This document shows, one piece after another, positions 53,409 through 64,000 of a DNA stretch of 64,000 nucleotides (the first letter of the stretch is position 1; each line of letters begins with the position of its first letter). Source of the stretch: Balanoglossus misakiensis (taxonomy: Eukaryota; Animalia; Hemichordata); contig CM082582.2 of assembly GCA_040954595.2 (NCBI GenBank), forward strand, positions 12,419,677 to 12,483,676, given 5' to 3'. The translations under genes were made by a program, and so were the position numbers. Under the pieces are notes generated by a model. The model made no database searches and was not told the DNA's origin. It saw only the letters and a program-made list of their open reading frames with translations.

Positions 53409-54419
53409 CATGAGCTATAATCCATGCATATGACATGGAAAGGCCAAAAACGACCAAAATTTTCAAAATCGACAATTTGTCATTTTTTGAGCGTTCATGA
53501 GCTATAATCCATGCATCTGACATGAAAAGGCCAAAAACGACCAAAATTTTCAAAATCGAGAACTTGTCATTTTTTGAGCGTACATGAGCTATAATCCATG
53601 CATCTGACATGAAAATGCCAAAATGACCAAAATTTTCAAAGTCAAGAATTTTTCAATTTTTGAGCGTTCATGAGCTATAATCCATGCATCTGACATGAAA
53701 ATCTCAAAACGACCAAAATTTTCATAGTCGAGAACTTGTCATTTTTTGAGCGTTCATGAGCTATAATCCATGCATATGACATGAAAATGCCAAAAAGACC
53801 AAAATTTTCAAAGTCGACAATTTGTCATTTTTTGAGCGTTCATGAGCTAATATCCATGCATCTGACATGAAAATGCCAAAACGACCAACATTTTCAAAGT
53901 CGAGAATTTGTCATTTTTTGAGCGTTCATGAGCTATAATCCATGCATCTGACATGAAAATGCTAAAACGACCGAAATTTTCAAAGTCGAGAATTTGTCAT
54001 TTTTTGAGCGTTCATGAGCTATAATCCATGCAAGTTGTATTTCATTCCAGTGTATCAGATTGATTGTTTTCGTCATGTTAATAAAAATAAAATGGAACGA
54101 AAGATTTAACTCGTGTCTGTATTGTCTTTTATTCAACCGATACTAAAATAATTATTGGAACATGAGCTATAATCCATTAATATGACATGAAAAGGCCAAA
54201 AACGACCAAAATTTTCAAAATCGAGAACTTGTCATTTTTTGAGCGTTCATGAGCTATAATCCATGCATATGACATGAAAAGGCCAAAAAGACCAACATTT
54301 TCAAAGTCGACAATTTGTCATTTTTTGAGCGTTCATGAGCTATAATCCATGCATCTGACATGAAAATGCCAAAATGACAAAAATTTTCAAAGTCAAGAAT
54401 TTTTCAATTTTTGAGCGTT
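53409..54419. repeat. Diverged 86-87-bp satellite subfamily at the array fringe, interrupted by a duplicated unique segment
   Basis: Units catgagctataatccatgcat.tgacatgaaa...gagcgtt start at 53409, 53496, 53583, 53669, 53755, 53841, 53927, 54013 (partial), 54161, 54248 and 54334. Confidence 0.92.
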
Positions 54420-57400
54420 CATGAGCTATAACCCATGATTTTTTCAAAAATCGGCCAAATTTTGAAATTCCGCAAAGTCGAAAAATTCTCATTTTTGGAT
54501 GATTTTCATGAGCTATAACCCATGATTTTTTCAAAAATCGGCCAAATTTTGAAATTCCGCAAAGTCGAAAAATTCTCATTTTTGGATGATTTTCATGAGC
54601 TATAACCCATGATTTTTTCAAAAATCGGCCAAATTTTGAAATTCCGCAAAGTCGAAAAGTTCTCATTTTTGGATGATTTTCATGAGCTATAACCCGTGAT
54701 TTTTTCAAAAATCGGCCAAATTTTGAAATTCCGCAAAGTCGAAAAATTCTCATTTTTGGATGATTTTCGTGAGCTATAACCCGTGATTTTTTCAAAAATC
54801 GGCCAAATTTTGAAATTCCGCAAAGTCGAAAAATTCTCATTTTTGGATGATTTTCGTGAGCTATAACCCATGATTTTTTCAAAAATCGGCCAAATTTTGA
54901 AATTCCGCAAAGTCGAAAAATTTTCATTTTTGGATGATTTTCGTGAGCTATAACCCATGATTTTTTCAAAAATCGGCCAAATTTTGAAATTCCGCAAAGT
55001 CGAAAAATTTTCATTTTTGGATGATTTTCATGAGCTATAACCCATGATTTTTTCAAAAATCGGCCAAATTTTGAAATTCCGCAAAGTCGAAAAATTCTCA
55101 TTTTTGGATGATTTTCATGAGCCTATAACCCATGATTTTTTCAAAAATCGGCCAAATTTTGAAATTCCGCAAAGTCGAAAAATTCTCATTTTTGGATGAT
55201 TTTCATGAGCTATAACCCATGATTTTTTCAAAAATCGGCCAAATTTTGAAATTCCGCAAAGTCGAAAAATTCTCATTTTTGGATGATTTTCATGAGCTTT
55301 AACCCATGATTTTTTCAAAAATCGGCCAAATTTTGAAATTCCGCAAAGTCGAAAAATTTTCATTTTTGGATGATTTTCATGAGCTATAACCCATGATTTT
55401 TTCAAAAATCGGCCAAATTTTGAAATTTCCCAAAGTCGAAAAATTCTCATTTTTGGATGATTTTCATGAGCTATAACCCATGATTTTTTCAAAAATCGGC
55501 CAAATTTTGAAATTTCCCAAAGTCGAAAAATTCTCATTTTTGGATGATTTTCATGAGCTATAACCCATGATTTTTTCAAAAATCGGCCAAATTTTGAAAT
55601 TCCGCAAAGTCGAAAAATTCTCATTTTTGGATGATTTTCATGAGCTATAACCCATGATTTTTTCAAAAATCGGCCAAATTTTGAAATTCCGCAAAGTCGA
55701 AAAATTCTCATTTTTGGATGATTTTCATGAGCTATAACCCATGATTTTTTCAAAAATCGGCCAAATTTTGAAATTCCGCAAAGTCGAAAAATTCTCATTT
55801 TTGGATGATTTTCATGAGCTATAACCCATGATTTTTTTCAAAAATCGGCCAAATTTTGAAATTCCGCAAAGTCGAAAAATTCTCATTTTTGGATGATTTT
55901 CATGAGCTATAACCCATGATTTTTTCAAAAATCGGCCAAATTTTGAAATTCCGCAAAGTCGAAAAATTCTCATTTTTGGATGATTTTCATGAGCTATAAC
56001 CCATGATTTTTTCAAAAATCGGCCAAATTTTGAAATTCCGCAAAGTCGAAAAATTCTCATTTTTGGATGATTTTCATGAGCTATAACCCATGATTTTTTC
56101 AAAAATCGGCCAAATTTTGAAATTCCGCAAAGTCGAAAATTTCTCATTTTTGGATGATTTTCATGAGCTATAACCCATGATTTTTTCAAAAATCGGCCAA
56201 ATTTTGAAATTCCGCAAAGTCGAAAAATTCTCATTTTTGGATGATTTTCATGAGCTATAACCCATGATTTTTTCAAAAATCGGCCAAATTTTGAAATTCC
56301 GCAAAGTCGAAAAATTCTCATTTTTGGATGATTTTCATGAGCTATAACCCATGATTTTTTCAAAAATCGGCCAAATTTTGAAATTCCGCAAAGTCGAAAA
56401 ATTCTCATTTTTGGATGATTTTCATGAGCTATAACCCATGATTTTTTCAAAAATCGGCCAAATTTTGAAATTCCGCAAAGTCGAAAAATTCTCATTTTTG
56501 GATGATTTTCATGAGCTATAACCCATGATTTTTTCAAAAATCGGCCAAATTTTGAAATTCCGCAAAGTCGAAAAATTCTCATTTTTGGATGATTTTCATG
56601 AGCTATAACCCATGATTTTTTCAAAAATCGGCCAAATTTTGAAATTCCGCAAAGTCGAAAAATTCTCATTTTTGGATGATTTTCATGAGCTATAACCCAT
56701 GATTTTTTCAAAAATCGGCCAAATTTTGAAATTCCGCAAAGTCGAAAAATTCTCATTTTTGGATGATTTTCATGAGCTATAACCCATGATTTTTTCAAAA
56801 ATCGGCCAAATTTTGAAATTCCGCAAAGTCGAAAAATTCTCATTTTTGGATGATTTTCATGAGCTATAACCCATGATTTTTTCAAAAATCGGCCAAATTT
56901 TGAAATTCCGCAAAGTCGAAAAATTCTCATTTTTGGATGATTTTCATGAGCTATAACCCATGATTTTTTCAAAAATCGGCCAAATTTTGAAATTCCGCAA
57001 AGTCGAAAAATTCTCATTTTTGGATGATTTTCATGAGCTATAACCCATGATTTTTTCAAAAATCGGCCAAATTTTGAAATTCCGCAAAGTCGAAAAATTC
57101 TCATTTTTGGATGATTTTCATGAGCTATAACCCATGATTTTTTCAAAAATCGGCCAAATTTTGAAATTCCGCAAAGTCGAAAAATTCTCATTTTTGGATG
57201 ATTTTCATGAGCTATAACCCATGATTTTTTCAAAAATCGGCCAAATTTTGAAATTCCGCAAAGTCGAAAAATTCTCATTTTTGGATGATTTTCATGAGCT
57301 ATAACCCATGATTTTTTCAAAAATCGGCCAAATTTTGAAATTCCGCAAAGTCGAAAAATTCTCATTTTTGGATGATTTTCATGAGCTATAACCCATGATT

Positions 57401-60400
57401 TTTTCAAAAATCGGCCAAATTTTGAAATTCCGCAAAGTCGAAAAATTCTCATTTTTGGATGATTTTCATGAGCTATAACCCATGATTTTTTCAAAAATCG
57501 GCCAAATTTTGAAATTCCGCAAAGTCGAAAAATTCTCATTTTTGGATGATTTTCATGAGCTATAACCCATGATTTTTTCAAAAATCGGCCAAATTTTGAA
57601 ATTCCGCAAAGTCGAAAAATTCTCATTTTTGGATGATTTTCATGAGCTATAACCCATGATTTTTTCAAAAATCGGCCAAATTTTGAAATTCCGCAAAGTC
57701 GAAAAATTCTCATTTTTGGATGATTTTCATGAGCTATAACCCATGATTTTTTCAAAAATCGGCCAAATTTTGAAATTCCGCAAAGTCGAAAAATTCTCAT
57801 TTTTGGATGATTTTCATGAGCTATAACCCATGATTTTTTCAAAAATCGGCCAAATTTTGAAATTCCGCAAAGTCGAAAAATTCTCATTTTTGGATGATTT
57901 TCATGAGCTATAACCCATGATTTTTTCAAAAATCGGCCAAATTTTGAAATTCCGCAAAGTCGAAAAATTCTCATTTTTGGATGATTTTCATGAGCTATAA
58001 CCCATGATTTTTCAAAAATCGGCCAAATTTTGAAATTCCGCAAAGTCGAAAAATTCTCATTTTTGGATGATTTTCATGAGCTATAACCCATGATTTTTTC
58101 AAAAATCGGCCAAATTTTGAAATTCCGCAAAGTCGAAAAATTCTCATTTTTGGATGATTTTCATGAGCTATAACCCATGATTTTTTCAAAAATCGGCCAA
58201 ATTTTGAAATTCCGCAAAGTCGAAAAATTCTCATTTTTGGATGATTTTCATGAGCTATAACCCATGATTTTTTCAAAAATCGGCCAAATTTTGAAATTCC
58301 GCAAAGTCGAAAAATTCTCATTTTTGGATGATTTTCATGAGCTATAACCCATGATTTTTTCAAAAATCGGCCAAATTTTGAAATTCCGCAAAGTCGAAAA
58401 ATTCTCATTTTTGGATGATTTTCATGAGCTATAACCCATGATTTTTTCAAAAATCGGCCAAATTTTGAAATTCCGCAAAGTCGAAAAATTCTCATTTTTG
58501 GATGATTTTCATGAGCTATAACCCATGATTTTTTCAAAAATCGGCCAAATTTTGAAATTCCGCAAAGTCGAAAAATTCTCATTTTTGGATGATTTTCATG
58601 AGCTATAACCCATGATTTTTTCAAAAATGGGCCAAATTTTGAAATTCCGCAAAGTCGAAAAATTCTCATTTTTGGATGATTTTCATGAGCTATAACCCAT
58701 GATTTTTTCAAAAATCGGCCAAATTTTGAAATTCCGCAAAGTCGAAAAATTCTCATTTTTGGATGATTTTCATGAGCTATAACCCATGATTTTTTCAAAA
58801 ATCGGCCAAATTTTGAAATTCCGCAAAGTCGAAAAATTCTCATTTTTGGATGATTTTCATGAGCTATAACCCATGATTTTTTCAAAAATCGGCCAAATTT
58901 TGAAATTCCGCAAAGTCGAAAAATTTCTCATTTTTGGATGATTTTCATGAGCTATAACCCATGATTTTTTCAAAAATCGGCCAAATTTTGAAATTCCGCA
59001 AAGTCGAAAAATTCTCATTTTTGGATGATTTTCATGAGCTATAACCCATGATTTTTTCAAAAATCGGCCAAATTTTGAAATTCCGCAAAGTCGAAAAATT
59101 CTCATTTTTGGATGATTTTCATGAGCTATAACCCATGATTTTTTCAAAAATCGGCCAAATTTTGAAATTCCGCAAAGTCGAAAAATTCTCATTTTTGGAT
59201 GATTTTCATGAGCTGTAACCCATGATTTTTTCAAAAATCGGCCAAATTTTGAAATTCCGCAAAGTCGAAAATTTCTCATTTTTGGATGATTTTCATGAGC
59301 TATAACCCATGATTTTTTCAAAAATCGGCCAAATTTTGAAATTCCGCAAAGTCGAAAAATTCTCATTTTTGGATGATTTTCATGAGCTATAACCCATGAT
59401 TTTTTTCAAAAATCGGCCAAATTTTGAACTTCCGCAAAGTCGAAAAATTCTCATTTTTGGATGATTTTCATGAGCTATAACCCATGATTTTTTCAAAAAT
59501 CGGCCAAATTTTGAAATTCCGCAAAGTCGAAAATTTCTCATTTTTGGATGATTTTCATGAGCTATAACCCATGATTTTTTCAAAAATCGGCCAAATTTTG
59601 AAATTCCGCAAAGTCGAAAATTTCTCATTTTTGGATGATTTTCATGAGCTATAACCCATGATTTTTTCAAAAATCGGCCAAATTTTGAAATTCCGCAAAG
59701 TCGAAAAATTCTCATTTTTGGATGATTTTCATGAGCTATAACCCATGATTTTTTCAAAAATCGGCCAAATTTTGAAATTCCGCAAAGTCGAAAAATTCTC
59801 ATTTTTGGATGATTTTCATGAGCTATAACCCATGATTTTTTCAAAAATCGGCCAAATTTTGAAATTCCGCAAAGTCGAAAAATTTCTCATTTTTGGATGA
59901 TTTTCATGAGCTATAACCCATGATTTTTTCAAAATCGGCCAAATTTTGAAATTCCGCAAAGTCGAAAAATTCTCATTTTTGGATGATTTTCATGAGCTAT
60001 AACCCATGATTTTTTCAAAAATCGGCCAAATTTTGAAATTCCGCAAAGTCGAAAAATTCTCATTTTTGGATGATTTTCATGAGCTATAACCCATGATTTT
60101 TTCAAAAATCGGCCAAATTTTGAAATTCCGCAAAGTCGAAAAATTCTCATTTTTGGATGATTTTCATGAGCTATAACCCATGATTTTTTCAAAAATCGGC
60201 CAAATTTTGAAATTCCGCAAAGTCGAAAAATTCTCATTTTTGGATGATTTTCATGAGCTATAACCCATGATTTTTTCAAAAATCGGCCAAATTTTGAAAT
60301 TCCGCAAAGTCGAAAAATTCTCATTTTTGGATGATTTTCATGAGCTATAACCCATGATTTTTCAAAAATCGGCCAAATTTTGAAATTCCGCAAAGTCGAA

Positions 60401-63400
60401 AAATTCTCATTTTTGGATGATTTTCATGAGCTATAACCCATGATTTTTTCAAAAATCGGCCAAATTTTGAAATTCCGCAAAGTCGAAAAATTCTCATTTT
60501 TGGATGATTTTCATGAGCTATAACCCATGATTTTTTCAAAAATCGGCCAAATTTTGAAATTCCGCAAAGTCGAAAATTTCTCATTTTTGGATGATTTTCA
60601 TGAGCTATAACCCATGATTTTTTCAAAAATCGGCCAAATTTTGAAATTCCGCAAAGTCGAAAAATTCTCATTTTTGGATGATTTTCATGAGCTATAACCC
60701 ATGATTTTTTCAAAAATCGGCCAAATTTTGAAATTCCGCAAAGTCGAAAATTCTCATTTTTGGATGATTTTCATGAGCTATAACCCATGATTTTTTCAAA
60801 AATCGGCCAAATTTTGAAATTCCGCAAAGTCGAAAAATTCTCATTTTTGGATGATTTTCATGAGCTATAACCCATGATTTTTTCAAAAATCGGCCAAATT
60901 TTGAAATCTCGCAAAGTCGAAAAATTCTCATTTTTGGATGATTTTCATGAGCTATAACCCATGATTTTTTCAAAAATCGGCCAAATTTTGAAATTCCGCA
61001 AAGTCGAAAAATTCTCATTTTTGGATGATTTTCATGAGCTATAACCCATGATTTTTTCAAAAATCGGCCAAATTTTGAAATTCCGCAAAGTCGAAAAATT
61101 CTCATTTTTGGATGATTTTCATGAGCTATAACCCATGATTTTTTCAAAAATCGGCCAAATTTTGAAATTCCGCAAAGTCGAAAAATTCTCATTTTTGGAT
61201 GATTTTCATGAGCTATAACCCATGATTTTTTCAAAAATCGGCCAAATTTTGAAATTCCGCAAAGTCGAAAAATTCTCATTTTTGGATGATTTTCATGAGC
61301 TATAACCCATGATTTTTTCAAAAATCGGCCAAATTTTGAAATTCCGCAAAGTCGAAAAATTCTCATTTTTGGATGATTTTCATGAGCTATAACCCATGAT
61401 TTTTTCAAAAATCGGCCAAATTTTGAAATTCCGCAAAGTCGAAAAATTCTCATTTTTGGATGATTTTCATGAGCTATAACCCATGATTTTTTCAAAAATC
61501 GGCCAAATTTTGAAATTCCGCAAAGTCGAAAAATTCTCATTTTTGGATGATTTTCATGAGCTATAACCCATGATTTTTTCAAAAATCGGCCAAATTTTGA
61601 AATTCCGCAAAGTCGAAAAATTCTCATTTTTGGATGATTTTCATGAGCTATAACCCATGATTTTTTCAAAAATCGGCCAAATTTTGAAATTCCGCAAAGT
61701 CGAAAAATTCTCATTTTTGGATAATTTTCATGAGCTATAACCCATGATTTTTTCAAAAATCGGCCAAATTTTGAAATTCCGCAAAGTCGAAAAATTCTCA
61801 TTTTTGGATGATTTTCATGAGCTATAACCCATGATTTTTTCAAAAATCGGCCAAATTTTGAAATTCCGCAAAGTCGAAAAATTCTCATTTTTGGATGATT
61901 TTCATGAGCTATAACCCATGATTTTTTCAAAAATCGGCCAAATTTTGAAATTCCGCAAAGTCGAAAAATTCTCATTTTTGGATGATTTTCATGAGCTATA
62001 ACCCATGATTTTTCAAAAATCGGCCAAATTTTGAAATTCCGCAAAGTCGAAAAATTCTCATTTTTGGATGATTTTCATGAGCTATAACCCATGATTTTTT
62101 CAAAAATCGGCCAAATTTTGAAATTCCGCAAAGTCGAAAAATTCTCATTTTTGGATGATTTTCATGAGCTATAACCCATGATTTTTTCAAAAATCGGCCA
62201 AATTTTGAAATTCCGCAAAGTCGAAAAATTCTCATTTTTGGATGATTTTCATGAGCTATAACCCATGATTTTTTCAAAAATCGGCCAAATTTTGAAATTC
62301 CGCAAAGTCGAAAAATTCTCATTTTTGGATGATTTTCATGAGCTATAACCCATGATTTTTTCAAAAATCGGCCAAATTTTGAAATTCCGCAAAGTCGAAA
62401 AATTCTCATTTTTGGATGATTTTCATGAGCTATAACCCATGATTTTTTCAAAAATCGGCCAAATTTTGAAATTCCGCAAAGTCGAAAAATTCTCATTTTT
62501 GGATGATTTTCATGAGCTATAACCCATGATTTTTTCAAAAATCGGCCAAATTTTGAAATTCCGCAAAGTCGAAAAATTCTCATTTTTGGATGATTTTCAT
62601 GAGCTATAACCCATGATTTTTTCAAAAATCGGCCAAATTTTGAAATTCCGCAAAGTCGAAAAATTCTCATTTTTGGATGATTTTCATGAGCTATAACCCA
62701 TGATTTTTTCAAAAATCGGCCAAATTTTGAAATTCCGCAAAGTCGAAAAATTCTCATTTTTGGATGATTTTCATGAGCTATAACCCATGATTTTTTCAAA
62801 AATCGGCCAAATTTTGAAATTCCGCAAAGTCGAAAATTTCCTCATTTTTGGATGATTTTCATGAGCTATAACCCATGATTTTTTCAAAAATCGGCCAAAT
62901 TTTGAAATTCCGCAAAGTCGAAAATTTCTCATTTTTGGATGATTTTCATGAGCTATAACCCATGATTTTTTCAAAAATCGGCCAAATTTTGAAATTCCGC
63001 AAAGTCGAAAAATTCTCATTTTTGGATGATTTTCATGAGCTATAACCCATGATTTTTTCAAAAATCGGCCAAATTTTGAAATTCCGCAAAGTCGAAAAAT
63101 TCTCATTTTTGGATGATTTTCATGAGCTATAACCCATGATTTTTCAAAAATCGGCCAAATTTTGAAATTCCGCAAAGTCGAAAATTTCTCATTTTTGGAT
63201 GATTTTCATGAGCTATAACCCATGATTTTTTCAAAAATCGGCCAAATTTTGAAATTCCGCAAAGTCGAAAAATTCTCATTTTTGGATGATTTTCATGAGC
63301 TATAACCCATGATTTTTTCAAAAATCGGCCAAATTTTGAAATTCCGCAAAGTCGAAAAATTCTCATTTTTGGATGATTTTCATGAGCTATAACCCATGAT

Positions 63401-64000
63401 TTTTTCAAAAATCGGCCAAATTTTGAAATTCCGCAAAGTCGAAAAATTCTCATTTTTGGATGATTTTCATGAGCTATAACCCATGATTTTTTCAAAAATC
63501 GGCCAAATTTTGAAATCTCGCAAAGTCGAAAAATTCTCATTTTTGGATGATTTTCATGAGCTATAACCCATGATTTTTTCAAAAATCGGCCAAATTTTGA
63601 AATTCCGCAAAGTCGAAAATTCTCATTTTTGGATGATTTTCATGAGCTATAACCCATGATTTTTTCAAAAATCGGCCAAATTTTGAAATTCCGCAAAGTC
63701 GAAAATTTCTCATTTTTGGATGATTTTCATGAGCTATAACCCATGATTTTTTCAAAAATCGGCCAAATTTTGAAATTCCGCAAAGTCGAAAAATTCTCAT
63801 TTTTGGATGATTTTCATGAGCTATAACCCATGATTTTTTCAAAAATCGGCCAAATTTTGAAATTCCGCAAAGTCGAAAATTCTCATTTTTTGGATGATTT
63901 TCATGAGCTATAACCCATGATTTTTTCAAAAATCGGCCAAATTTTGAAATTCCGCAAAGTCGAAAATTTCTCATTTTTGGATGATTTTCATGAGCTATAA
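54420..64000. repeat. Homogeneous 87-bp satellite DNA array, about 110 units, running off the window end
   Basis: Consensus catgagctataacccatgattttttcaaaaatcggccaaattttgaaattccgcaaagtcgaaaaattctcatttttggatgatttt, with few substitutions and occasional homopolymer indels. Confidence 0.99.

Noticed and set aside
54340-63974. Long ORFs (up to 743 aa) of a repeated 29-aa peptide, MRIFRLCGISKFGRFLKKSWVIAHENHPK
   Set aside because: 87 bp equals 29 codons, and one frame happens to lack a stop. Frequent homopolymer frameshifts and near-total nucleotide identity indicate satellite DNA, not a protein.
53409-64000. CRISPR-like regular repeats
   Set aside because: There are no unique spacers and no cas genes, and the context is eukaryotic.

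Overview
This is AT-rich metazoan (invertebrate) genomic DNA with GT-AG introns, so the ORF track is mostly noise and the genes were assembled by hand. The minus strand carries two tandem, co-oriented 11-exon hexa-EF-hand genes. One is secretagogin-like (CDS 12393->2156, 296 aa). The other is calbindin/calretinin/Cbp53E-like (CDS 40855->19649 or ->19182, 280 or 281 aa) and has two alternative last exons, each encoding a different complete EF-hand 6. An intronless BTB/Kelch-like ORF (16360->14852) lies between the two genes. The 15.9-kb intron 2 of the calbindin-like gene contains a young 459-bp foldback MITE with TAG...CTA ends, 155/156-bp TIRs and a 10-bp TSD. RFX X-box-like palindromes recur through the introns and flanks of both EF-hand genes. 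From about 52.1 kb the window passes through a 120-bp minisatellite and a diverged 86-87-bp satellite fringe into a highly homogeneous 87-bp satellite array (54420 to the window end, about 110 units). The long 29-aa-repeat ORFs in that array are artefacts. No prokaryotic systems, CRISPR arrays, tRNA or rRNA were seen.
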